Below are positions 1-10,016 of a stretch of DNA of 64,000 nt, in pieces. Each line of letters begins with the position of its first letter. The stretch's first letter is position 1. This stretch comes from Perkinsela sp. CCAP 1560/9. Taxonomy: Eukaryota; Protista; Euglenozoa: Kinetoplastea. Position numbers and translations under genes: made by a program. Location of the stretch: NCBI GenBank assembly GCA_965644495.1, contig CBFFSA010000001.1:2542001-2606000 (forward strand), written 5' to 3'. Under the pieces are notes generated by a model. It was not told the DNA's origin and searched no databases. It worked only from the letters and a program-made list of their open reading frames with translations.

Positions 1-1
1 A

Positions 2-853
2 CAAGGAAGAATATTTGATCGCGCATATAAGCATATTTTTGGGGGTGATCCAAAGCGTGAGAATGAAAAGCAGCTTTCAGAATATGTCCCAGATGAGCAC
101 GAAGCGGGAGAAACCGCGAAGAATGGAGAACACCTCGCAAGAGAGACCACCCTCGCGTTAGGACGACGAGTTCTCGCGTTGATTGAAACAAGAGGCGAAG
201 TGCAGGAGATCCGCCGAGTGATGGATCGGTTTCTATCCTCGCTACGAATTACAGAGGATCTCCTCCCAGAGAAAAGTCTAGCCTACCTGATACATCCTGG
301 GCTTTCGGGACCCGGTGAGGCTCCGAATCACCTCATTGAAGAGTTCCCTTCCAATCTAAAGGATTTTATACACGTCCTGGAGCAGGAGGATCCAATCCTG
401 GAACCAAAGGCTCCGGTCTCCACTCTTTCAGGTGAGGATACCGACGAAGACGCACCTCGGGATGTGTACCTTAGTAAAATACTATGCGCTATGGCCATTT
501 CAGCGAATCACGAAGGACTACACTTCCCGGCACTGGGGTGCTGTAAAGTCGCGCGGTCATGCACGCGAAACCCTACGCGGCTCGGTGGGATTTACGCCCT
601 TGAGGCCGGGGTGTTAAATCGTATGCGTCGGTATCGTGAAGCAGAGGAAAGTGCTCGAAGTGCCGTCTCGGCTAGTCGGGGTTACAATTCTCAAGCATAT
701 TTGCAAGGTGCCACCGCATTAGTGCACCTGCAAAAACCGGATGCCGCGAGACTGTTGCTCGATGAGGGCCTGGGTCTTATCCAGGACTCCAGAAGCCACG
801 CGCTTGAGGCTCTGAGGAAACAAATTAAGCGCGTGCCCAAAATTTCTGAGTGA
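2..853 (+). CDS. 5'-partial hypothetical protein with TPR-like helical C-terminus
   Basis: Frame is open from base 2 into ORF 179..853; C-terminal helical pattern (GVLNRMRRYREAEESARSA, AYLQGATALVHLQKPDAARLLLDEGL) is TPR-like. Confidence 0.55.
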   Translation, partial: QGRIFDRAYKHIFGGDPKRENEKQLSEYVPDEHEAGETAKNGEHLARETTLALGRRVLALIETRGEVQEIRRVMDRFLSSLRITEDLLPEKSLAYLIHPGLSGPGEAPNHLIEEFPSNLKDFIHVLEQEDPILEPKAPVSTLSGEDTDEDAPRDVYLSKILCAMAISANHEGLHFPALGCCKVARSCTRNPTRLGGIYALEAGVLNRMRRYREAEESARSAVSASRGYNSQAYLQGATALVHLQKPDAARLLLDEGLGLIQDSRSHALEALRKQIKRVPKISE

Positions 854-1157
854 TTTTAAGTTCAAGGGTCATTTTCATCCCCTTAGAAATCAATCCGAGT
901 CTGGCATTACTTTTTCACACGAGTGGGAAATCCGAAGCGTAGATCTACGGATCGCACGTAGTCGCTTTTCTTGAAGGAAGGGGTCAGAAGATTCTCAGTC
1001 TCACTCTTCTATTTCACTTAGTTTTTTAGCAGCCTGTAGGCTGTTACCTTGCCGAATCTGATACAATCTTGTACATGTGATGGTATTTCATTCAGATGTA
1101 TTTAGATCCGTTAGGTGCTAAAAGCTACTTTTAAACTTGCTACCTCGAATGAGGTAA

Positions 1158-1441
1158 ACTTCCTATATGTGTAAGTTATCCTATAACCCTGCTTTACCGG
1201 TCCAAAGCCCGGGGCCACTGGCCTTGGTCGCAACCAAGTGCATGTGGAAAGGTGATGGTAGGAAATTAAGTACAACTGTAATATATATACTACTGTATTA
1301 GGATATAGGAAATTAAGTACTACTTGTATTTTGTGTAAATACTTACACACACACAAAAAAAAAAAGGGGGGGGGGGAGGTTCTTCCGACCTGTTAGCTTT
1401 GGACCAGCAGGATTATAGGATAACTTACACATATAGGAAGT
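1158..1441. repeat. Inverted repeat pair around an A11G11 tract
   Basis: 1158-1193 is the reverse complement of 1406-1441 (36 bp, 1 mismatch); 1199-1208 pairs with 1396-1405; A11G11 at 1355-1376. Confidence 0.85.
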
Positions 1442-1739
1442 ATAGCTTGACTTGCCCCGCTCGGGTGCCAGTCACGCACACTTCCTGTAGGATGGAAGGT
1501 CGGACGTTAACCTCATTCCCTTGCAGGAGAATTAAGTCTATCTGTATTTTTTGTCATTACTTAGCTTTCCAATCATTTCTTGATTCATTTTTTCAATAAA
1601 CAGACTCAGGGAAATGCTTACTGCCAGACCGCTCATTATTCTTTTTTTTTTATTCTTTAGTTTTTTTATATATACGTATATGTCGCGTACGTAAACGCGT
1701 GCATGCATACGTAACAATTAGTATATTCTTTGGGTTCAT

Positions 1740-2905
1740 AAGATTCCAACACATGTGGAACATACAACGTGTGTGATGTATGTGTAGATCACAAGATACC
1801 GTATGCCATTCGGCTCGTGCGATCCAACATTTGTGGATTTTTTATGTGAATCTCACTGAAACCACTTATACAGCTCTAACAGCTCATTAGACTCCAGCTA
1901 TTGTACCTCAATAGATTCCAACATTTGTGGAATTTTTCTTATGTGGCGCCGCATCTGTGACCTTTTTATAGATTCCAACATTTGTGGAAACATTCTTACG
2001 TGTTACCACGAACATGACCAAGTGGTTGAAAAAGTTCCAATATTTGTGGAAAGTTCTACACGTGATGGTTCCAACACCTGTGGAACATACGGCACAAGAT
2101 ATGTAGCCCTTCGGCTCGTGCCATCCAACATTTGTGGATTTTTTATGTGAATCTCACTGAAACCACTTATACAGCTTTAACGGGTCATCAGACTCCAGCT
2201 ATTGTGCCTCAATAGATTCCAACATTTGTGGAATTTTTCTTATGTGGCGCCGTATGTGTGGCCTTTTTATAGATTCTAGTATTTGTGGAAACATTCTTAC
2301 GTGTTACCACGAACATGGCCAAGTGGTTGAAAAAAATTCCAATATTTGTGGAAAGTTACACGTGATGGTTCCAACACATGTGGAACATACGGCACAAGAT
2401 ATGTAGCCCTTCGGCTCGTGCCATCCAACATTTGCGGATTTTTATTTTTTATATGAAACCACTTTGAGGGCCCATTGTGTGGCTCAATGGGTAATTCCAA
2501 CATTTTGTGGACGAATTCTTACGTGTTACCACGAACGGTTTTAAGGCCATCAGACTCCATAGGCTACATTTGCGAAAAGCTTTGTACATGACGCTACATG
2601 TGTAGCCTTTGGGTTCATACGTTCCGACACGTGGAACATACGTCACGAAATATGTAGCCCTTCGGCTCGTGCGATCCAACATTTGTGGATTTTTTCACTA
2701 AAGCCAGCCTTCTATAGCTTTAAAGGCTCATCAGACTCCAAAATTTGTGGCTCAATGGATTACAACATTTCTGTGAATCGTGTATTTTTTGTATATGGCG
2801 CTGCATCTGTAACCTTTATTGGATTCCAACATTTGTGGAAAAATCCCACGTGTTACCACGAACATGGTCAAGAGGCTCATAAGGTTCCGACATTCGTGGA
2901 AACTT
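1740..2905. repeat. Array of ~19-20 palindromic TTCCA-N7-TGGAA motifs organised in a ~300 bp higher-order repeat
   Basis: TTCCAACATTTGTGGAA-like copies at ~1744, 1823, 1916, 1973, 2035, 2069, 2124, 2217, 2273, 2337, 2369, 2424, 2495, 2622, 2675, 2735, 2824, 2885; marker CGGCTCGTG recurs at 1811, 2112, 2412, 2663. Confidence 0.9.
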
Positions 2906-3324
2906 CTGCACATGTGTAGATTTTGGGCTGATCAGGTACAAGACATGCAGCCTTTCCGCTCATAAAGGTGCAAACACTTGTTGCATAGTCATACGTGATA
3001 TCTGGAAACACACGAGGTACACAGTCATACGCGACAGTGTATTCAGGCTTCCCGCTGCGTGTTATAAAATGAGCAATCCAGCCTACATGGCTGGAGATTT
3101 TGTCATGTGTTTCGATTTGATATGTGCTCTGCAGCACTACGTCGTTTGCGACGATTTCATAGTCGCTGCATCATTTTGTCTATCGTTTGTCAACGGAAAA
3201 GGACAATCACATAATTCATTGTGATCATCAGGTGAATAAAAGATAAGCAGGCAGCGAACAAAATGACATGTTTTTGTTTTCAAAGAGACTGAAAGTTATT
3301 ATACTATTTTACCTTTAATTACCT

Positions 3325-4395
3325 ATGCCCGACGCTCTTCCGAACTTGGTTCCTGACTCAATTTCAGGAATCGGAGACGCTCATCAAGCGTTTCTGAGCC
3401 TCTGTTCAATGAAACGGATGGGAGTCACCTTGCGGTCCGAGATCCTTGATGCGATTTCCGGCGCAGTCTGCCATGTTAAGGAGAAGCATGGCATTGATGA
3501 AATTTTTGAGCGCACTTCAGCGCATGGTGGGAGTGGCGACAGCGCTCGGGGGGTTCAAGCGATTCGCCGTGCGCTTGTGGCCCTGCAAAGCGGAGACTTT
3601 GGATCCCGCGACGTTCCCCAGAACGTGCTTATTGCCCTTCGAGATGAGCTATGTGCTCTTCAAGGAACATTGAACTCCGGTACCTCCGCAGATGCTACCA
3701 CTGCTAGCTGTTCTACTGAAGATAAGAACAGCAAGGATGTACGTGGGGCGTTTCGTGACATCATCGGTACGCGCGATGACCCGCGGTGCGGAAGAGAGCT
3801 TCATGACTGTTTGACGCAGTCGGGCTTTAGCTCCGAACCGTGGCTGACAGCAGCGACCAAGAAGAAGGTCCGTGACAGCGTTGGTAGTCGGCCTGACATG
3901 GTCAACTGCGCCCGGGTTCTAACCGAGCTCGCGCCGGGGACGCCGATACCTGATGTTCAAAGCGAGGCGGTCCGCATCTCCTTTTGGACATTCTTGTGCA
4001 AGGTAGGGGCCGAACTCCTCTCCCATCGTCTCTCCCACGACGGGGCGCAGGTGGACACGGTAACTCTCGAGCAGCTTATGCTTGACGATTCCAAGGACCG
4101 CGGAAATAAGAATATTGTTTCATTTATTGCGACCCACTCCCGCGCTGTCCAGCTCGTAAATCGGTCCCAACCTCGCAAGAGTGCGTCAGGTTCGGGACAT
4201 AAGCCACGCTCGCCTGCCATACGGGGGCGTAACTGGAAAACGTGGCTGTATCCCAATGCACCACGTGGTTCATGTAAGCACTGCGGGATGCTCGGTCATG
4301 AACTGAAGAATTGTCGATTGACCGACGAACAGGTTCGTCTCAAAATGAAAACCCCTAATGAAAAGCCGGGGTACAAGCGCGTAGGTCGTGAATAG
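3325..4395 (+). CDS. Gag-like protein with CCHC zinc knuckle
   Basis: CKHCGMLGHELKNC = Cx2Cx4Hx4C near the C-terminus; first ORF of the element. Confidence 0.8.
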   Translation: MPDALPNLVPDSISGIGDAHQAFLSLCSMKRMGVTLRSEILDAISGAVCHVKEKHGIDEIFERTSAHGGSGDSARGVQAIRRALVALQSGDFGSRDVPQNVLIALRDELCALQGTLNSGTSADATTASCSTEDKNSKDVRGAFRDIIGTRDDPRCGRELHDCLTQSGFSSEPWLTAATKKKVRDSVGSRPDMVNCARVLTELAPGTPIPDVQSEAVRISFWTFLCKVGAELLSHRLSHDGAQVDTVTLEQLMLDDSKDRGNKNIVSFIATHSRAVQLVNRSQPRKSASGSGHKPRSPAIRGRNWKTWLYPNAPRGSCKHCGMLGHELKNCRLTDEQVRLKMKTPNEKPGYKRVGRE

Positions 4396-4957
4396 ACCTA
4401 CTTTCGAAATAGTAGCTTTAGAGGCTCGAGTGTGATTTCGAAATCGATATTGGTTTAACATCTCTTTTTACACATAGAGAAACTTGTGCTTAGCAAAGAA
4501 AATGCTCAATGTGCTTTACTTCTGAAATGCTGTTGCATATTTATATCTGCGCAATTTTTTACTACAAATTTACTGCATTACTTATGCTTCAAACCGATCG
4601 AACTGCTTAACGTTTTTCAAAAACGTAGAAATATAGTATACTACTCACAGGGACTGTTCTATTCTGACTGGATGCTTCCTTTTAACGGTGTGAAATGACA
4701 CGGCTGCTTTTGCACTTACAAAACAAAAGTTGGGCTATTCTTTTTTATGCTATACTTGAGCAACAACTGTAGTAAGTTATGAGAATATTACATTGGTACT
4801 TTATCCTAGTGGACTAAAGCCACATTCAGAAGTCTTGGGATTTTCTTCCCCCATACGGGTCATGGTTGTAACACTAGACGAAAGGGTGTAAAACATGTTG
4901 TTTCTCTCAATAGGATTTCTCTATAAATTTCGTTTTCGATAGAGCTACATTTCCTGC

Positions 4958-5830
4958 ATGCCTTCTCAACGCCGCGTTCGAGTTTCTGATGAAACCATCA
5001 GTCAAGGTTATCGTCAAGCGCGTCAAAGCAGCGTACATCGACAAATTTCTCAGTGGGCAGTGGCCCCTGCGACAGCACAAAAGCGTGTGTACTATTTTTC
5101 CCGCACAGAACAATTACTTGGTGTACACGGGGTACACAATATAACGGAAGAGGACTTCTTGGCGTTGTGCGTCAGCCTGTCACGCTTCTATCGGGGATCC
5201 ACTTTGGAATCCTACCGTGCCGCTGTAGTTTGGCGGCAATTAGAAGATCAAAACACCGATCAGTGTTGGTCGCAGACCTCGCGCTTTCGCAGACGCTTCA
5301 AAGGCGTCCAAAATATCTGTCTGCAGCCCAAACCTCGAGGCTCGATCACACTCGCGCAAATGCGGTCTCTGACTAATTACTGTAAAGACCAAGGCGAACT
5401 CGCATATGGTCAAGGCTTCGCCGTCGCGTATTTCGGACTTCTGCGTCACAGCGAATTAGTGAATCTCGAAAAGACAGATATTGAAGCGAATTCCTCTGAC
5501 GCATTGATTAAGATTCGTGGAGGAAAAGGACGTCAACATTATATTGTCGACACTGTCGTAGCCCCAGAAGTATGTCATCTGTTGATGTACCTAAAATCAT
5601 CATCATCCCATCTGGCCTTATTTCCTAATTGGGACAAAGTGAAAGCAAACAGAATCATATCACATGTTGCGAACCTTTTGCAGTGGAACTCACATCAAAC
5701 TTGGTCCTTCCACTGTCTCCGACATGGATGCGCTGGTCATTTAACTCGCGAAGGAACAGACCTTACGACACGCCTCCGGCGAGGGCGTTGGATGTCAGAG
5801 TTCACAGCTACTCACTATTCTATGGAATAG
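4958..5830 (+). CDS. Tyrosine recombinase of the retroelement
   Basis: Catalytic set present: R (FGLLRHSE), K (IRGGK), HxxR (HCLRHG), W (GRW), Y (THYS); N-terminal core-binding-like region (TLESYRAAV). Confidence 0.92.
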   Translation: MPSQRRVRVSDETISQGYRQARQSSVHRQISQWAVAPATAQKRVYYFSRTEQLLGVHGVHNITEEDFLALCVSLSRFYRGSTLESYRAAVVWRQLEDQNTDQCWSQTSRFRRRFKGVQNICLQPKPRGSITLAQMRSLTNYCKDQGELAYGQGFAVAYFGLLRHSELVNLEKTDIEANSSDALIKIRGGKGRQHYIVDTVVAPEVCHLLMYLKSSSSHLALFPNWDKVKANRIISHVANLLQWNSHQTWSFHCLRHGCAGHLTREGTDLTTRLRRGRWMSEFTATHYSME

Positions 5831-6189
5831 TCCTACAATTAGATTTTAAGCTTTTGATAAACCGGCAAACTCCAAGAAGTTCCTTGCTACTTTTAGTATT
5901 ACAATGTACACAAAAATTTTCTACGTAACCGGATCGATGGGCTATGCGACCACGTACCACTAACCGCTTGTTAATTGCTTTATTTTGTAATCCAAGAGAT
6001 CTGTGGAGCAACAATGAATAAAATTAAAATATTCGATGCAGTTACTGCACGTCTCCACTGTTCTACACATCGTGTACATACTACTCCATTAGTTTAAGAT
6101 GAGGAGCGTTCTACGAACGCCTACGACGAATTGTGCCACATCTTCCATACGTATGAACACATTTCATATTTCAAAATCTATATAAAGGA

Positions 6190-7932
6190 ATGATTGCGCA
6201 CTCCTTCATCGACGCTGATTTAAGCGGAGGTGTTTATCACAATGAAGAAATCACGGCTTGGCGTGGTCGAGGTTCATTTGCGAATGATCGGGCTCCTCTT
6301 TGTCCACTTCAAAACGTCGGGGGAATAAAAATAATGAGTTCCGACTTCGCTCGTATTCCCTTTGTATGCCAGGCACTGAAGTTACTTGGCACCTCCCCTC
6401 TCCCTCCAGACATTCAGAAAGAATGTATGTCCGATACACCGAATTCACAATCCTATAGGCACCATTTGGACACTTTATGTGATAGCAAAGTGTTAGTGCC
6501 TACGACACCACAAAATGTCACAGGAGTCGGCAAGTATATGGCAGTTTTGAAGGACGAAAAGTTCGCCCGTGCAATTTTCGATTTGAGATGGACTAACGAA
6601 CGCACTATTCTTACAGAAATTTCATTTAAAATTCCGAGCACTGCGGAACTTATACAAGCATTAGTGGATTTGGGGGATTGCACGAAAAAGCGTTTCCGCT
6701 TTCTTCATGGGGACATCAAAAATTGGTATTACCAAATTCCTATTACCCCTGAACTTGGGAGCGCATGTTGCATCAGGCAAGGCTCCTCATATCTCCGACC
6801 TACGGTGCTACCTATGGGGTATAAGCTCGCATGCGGTATCGCTCAGAGCATCATGTGGGGAATATTGACCTATCGTGACCATAATCCAACAGAACTTGAT
6901 GGTTTAGAAAGCGTGCTTACCGATACCAGAGCTCCAGGGATCGTACTGCTCCATGAAGGAGGTTTCATTGCCCTTATGTACGATTCATTTTTGATCGTCA
7001 GCACAGAAAGTACACTGAAAAGATGGCACGTCAATCTAAAATACAACTTTCGTAAATTCAATGTAGTCGCAAAATACATGACCATGGAGAAGAACACGTG
7101 TCAGTTCACGTATTGTGGTATAAGGATTATCCAAAAAGAGGGGCATGTATCGTGGATGGCTGACCCGGCTGTTGCTGAAACCTGGTCCAACGCTTTGAAG
7201 AACTTAGTAGAAATAACTCCGCGTATTTTATTTCAGTTCTGCGGGTACGTGCGACACGTTTCTGCCATTCTTGGTATACCTCCTCGCGAATTGGGTAGGC
7301 TCACCAAGTATCAAAGCGAACTTGGTCTGGTGGATGACTGGGATGCAAGGCTGTTATCGGGTTGTGCGAGAGATGTAACTATTGAGACCTCTTTTCGAGT
7401 TATCCGGGAAAACTCTCATCCACACAATTGGAAAATGTATCGCCGTTACATTAAGGGCAAGAGAATATTTTATGCTGTCGTGGACGCCACAACTACCAGG
7501 TTGGCCGTGTGGCCAATGTCCGATTCTAAGCCAGTAAATAGTCAAATAGTCGAGCAAACTTGTCAAATGGAGATAGTTCTGGCCGAGGCAACTGCTATAT
7601 CAGAAGCTATCCGAATGGCGATAAAGCGGGGATTTTCCAACATTATTATAGGTAGCGACAACACGGCAGCCGCTCGCTCCTTTTCTAAAGGTTTTTCTCA
7701 GGTAGAATCTCTGGATAAAATAGTCAAAGTGTACAAGGACTTTCATGGAAGAATAATCATGTGCGACATTCCAAGTGAAGAAAATTTAGCCGATGTTGGA
7801 ACTCGTCCAAACAAAAAGTACACAGACGAGGAGTACTGTTTTAGGTGCGAAAAATCCTGGGAGCGATTGATCAATGCTTTACACGTGTACGAGCAGCAAG
7901 GAGCGACTTTTGTAAGCAGAATTTTGCCTTAG
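6190..7932 (+). CDS. Reverse transcriptase - RNase H
   Basis: RAIFDLR, GDIKNWYYQ, LPMGY, LMYDSFLI (YxDD position), YCGI; RNase H DEDD: VVDAT, LAEATAI, GSDNTAA, ENLAD. Confidence 0.9.
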   Translation: MIAHSFIDADLSGGVYHNEEITAWRGRGSFANDRAPLCPLQNVGGIKIMSSDFARIPFVCQALKLLGTSPLPPDIQKECMSDTPNSQSYRHHLDTLCDSKVLVPTTPQNVTGVGKYMAVLKDEKFARAIFDLRWTNERTILTEISFKIPSTAELIQALVDLGDCTKKRFRFLHGDIKNWYYQIPITPELGSACCIRQGSSYLRPTVLPMGYKLACGIAQSIMWGILTYRDHNPTELDGLESVLTDTRAPGIVLLHEGGFIALMYDSFLIVSTESTLKRWHVNLKYNFRKFNVVAKYMTMEKNTCQFTYCGIRIIQKEGHVSWMADPAVAETWSNALKNLVEITPRILFQFCGYVRHVSAILGIPPRELGRLTKYQSELGLVDDWDARLLSGCARDVTIETSFRVIRENSHPHNWKMYRRYIKGKRIFYAVVDATTTRLAVWPMSDSKPVNSQIVEQTCQMEIVLAEATAISEAIRMAIKRGFSNIIIGSDNTAAARSFSKGFSQVESLDKIVKVYKDFHGRIIMCDIPSEENLADVGTRPNKKYTDEEYCFRCEKSWERLINALHVYEQQGATFVSRILP

Positions 7933-8199
7933 ACACATTAGATATCTAGTAGAAAGGAAAATTACGTCAGCGACGCAGACTACGTTGCATGTACACACTA
8001 CATGTACTATTATACACTAACTTTTGTTCTGGTATGTCACTCCACCTTTCGTAAAAAGGTCATGCGTCAAGGTAAAATGGTTTTCTACTAGCATGTCACC
8101 TTGAATATCTTTCTTTTCTTCTTTCCATTTTTCACTTCAACTTTACTTTCTTTTTACAGCATCATTTATTAATTCATGAAAAAGCGGCGTTCGTGCTTG

Positions 8200-8396
8200 A
8201 TCAGGAACCCTCCCAGTGGGATTGGCACATAGTAGGCTCACTACATAGTGTACAGTGTCACTGGTGAAGCGCCCTAGGAGAGCCTTGCGTCCCCGTACCC
8301 GGAATCAGACGGGAGCCGGAGTGGTACTTGTGGCGTCTGCACGTGGGGATTGCAGGCGCTCCTGTACCAAACAAACAAACAAACAACAACAACAAT
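8200..8396 (+). other. GC-rich structured segment ending in a hairpin and (AAAC)n/(AAC)n tail; possible retroposon 3' end or SINE-like insert
   Basis: GGTAC..GGCGTCTGCA / TGCAGGCGCT..GTACC stem at ~8323-8368, followed directly by AAACAAACAAACAAACAACAACAACAA. Confidence 0.4.
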
Positions 8397-8555
8397 TTTC
8401 ATATTCCAAAATATAACTAACCGAATGGTCCCTAAAGAGTGTGAAAGGTCTGTATTACGATTTCTAATAAGTGGAGCTATACAAAATAATATACCGTGCA
8501 TGTATTTTTATTTAGCGCGTTTTACCGATTACTTCTCTTATTTGCTGCAAGTTAT

Positions 8556-9074
8556 ATGTCAGCCATTGCAAATTGTCTCTTTGATATCGTTGCTACCGAT
8601 TACGCGGGAAAGACATTTCCCTTTTCTCAATTTCGTGGTCAAGTCACATTAATTGTAAACGTTGCCTCACGGTGTGGCCTCACAAAGGGAACCTACCCCA
8701 TTCTGCAAGAACTGCAGGATAAGTATCATGCTAGAGGTTTCACAGTGATCGGGGCTCCGTGCAATCAATTCGCTTGGCAAGAGCCCGGAGACTCTTGTAC
8801 AATTCGTGACTGGGCAAAGGACAATTACAAAGTTACTTTTCCCATGCTGGAGAAGCTAGACGTCAAAGGCTCTAAGCAACACCCATTATATCGTTTTCTT
8901 ACTACATCAAACCCGGAGTTCGAGGGTTTTGTGGGATGGAACTTTGCAAAATTTCTGTGCGATCGCAACGGACGAGTAGTTGCTCGATTCACACCGTTTA
9001 CCCAGAATGCTGAAGAAATTGGTGCTATTATTGAAAAATATTTGCCCCCGAAGGATTCGGCGCATAGTTCCTAA
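8556..9074 (+). CDS. Cys-type glutathione peroxidase-like peroxidase
   Basis: NVASRCGLT, PCNQF, WNFAKFL GPx motifs; Cys at the active site; likely ATG at 8556. Confidence 0.93.
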   Translation: MSAIANCLFDIVATDYAGKTFPFSQFRGQVTLIVNVASRCGLTKGTYPILQELQDKYHARGFTVIGAPCNQFAWQEPGDSCTIRDWAKDNYKVTFPMLEKLDVKGSKQHPLYRFLTTSNPEFEGFVGWNFAKFLCDRNGRVVARFTPFTQNAEEIGAIIEKYLPPKDSAHSS

Positions 9075-9429
9075 GCCAGTTTCTTTCTGAGATTTTGAAA
9101 TTTAATGTACAGTGTGAGTTGAGTGAGAGAGCTTAATATTCAAAGGATATTCAAAATCATTAAAAAAACGAATAGTGAATTCAATAAACGCTTTCAAAGA
9201 ATTTTCGAACTTTCGCAACATAGATAAAGAGGCCTTGTAGGTGGGTCCAGATTAGGGATGCTTTTGTGATCTTCAATAATAGAATACTTTCCTTCAGGAG
9301 TGCTTTCCATATTTTCAGCTCTCTGATTCCGACTTGTACAAACAAGCAAACCCATACAAGTTGTATGCATACAACTTTGTTACCTCTTTTGTGAATAAAA
9401 TATTTGAATTTTTATCGCTCTTTAACTTG

Positions 9430-9527
9430 CTGTACCCCCTCCACTTCAGAGTCCGGAAAATTCTGACCCCCCCACTTAAGAGTACAAATGCCCAAAAACG
9501 GCGGACTTTTAAGTAGAGTTGGTACAG
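9430..9527. mobile_element. Tiny MITE-like element with imperfect TIRs (CTGTACC...GGTACAG)
   Basis: CTGTACCCCCTCCACTTCAGAGTCCG vs reverse complement of CGGACTTTTAAGTAGAGTTGGTACAG; TA on the right flank; same terminus (AGGGGGTACAGTA) at 36301-36313. Confidence 0.5.
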
Positions 9528-10016
9528 TAATTATTTATCTCAAATTATTAAGTCATTTGAGACCCTTTAAACTATTGAAATTGCCTAGATATTGTTTTCC
9601 TTTTTGAGTCGCTTTGTTAAACGCGGGGGCTGTTTTTGACGTACTGCTGCTGCGCATTCGCGTTGAAAACTACCTCGGCGTTGAACTCCGTTTACCTCCG
9701 CAATCTAAACAATACATTATATATTTACAATACATTGTATATTTTGAACAACTACTATGTAGCCAAAATTGTTACTACTTTGTAGCCCAACTTGTGGAGT
9801 GTGAGAAAGGCCACTCATGAACGACATGTGTTGCTCAGAATGGTCAGTGGTAGTGCCCCCGTTTGAAAAGTGTGCAAACTTCGTTCAATCTGACCTTGAT
9901 TTCGTTCACGTATTTTGATTATTTCTTGGGGATTCATCGCTATTAAGATGAGGCTTGAGAATATGATGATCTCTATTTTTACCGACCTTAATGCCGTCAA
10001 ATGAATCGCCTCTCTA

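Larger units (their letters stand above)
3325..7932 (+). mobile_element. Tyrosine-recombinase retrotransposon, VIPER-like order (gag - YR - RT/RNase H); termini not defined
   Basis: Three non-overlapping, uninterrupted + strand ORFs with Gag CCHC, YR and RT/RH motifs, in the order known for kinetoplastid VIPER elements. Confidence 0.88.

Noticed and set aside
1740-2905. CRISPR array
   Set aside because: The spacers themselves repeat in a ~300-bp higher-order unit, lengths are irregular, there are no cas genes, and the context is eukaryotic.
1680-8010. Terminal inverted repeats of the YR element (1680-1715 vs 7960-8010)
   Set aside because: Only short ACGT/TGCA-rich self-complementary matches in swapped order; expected by chance.
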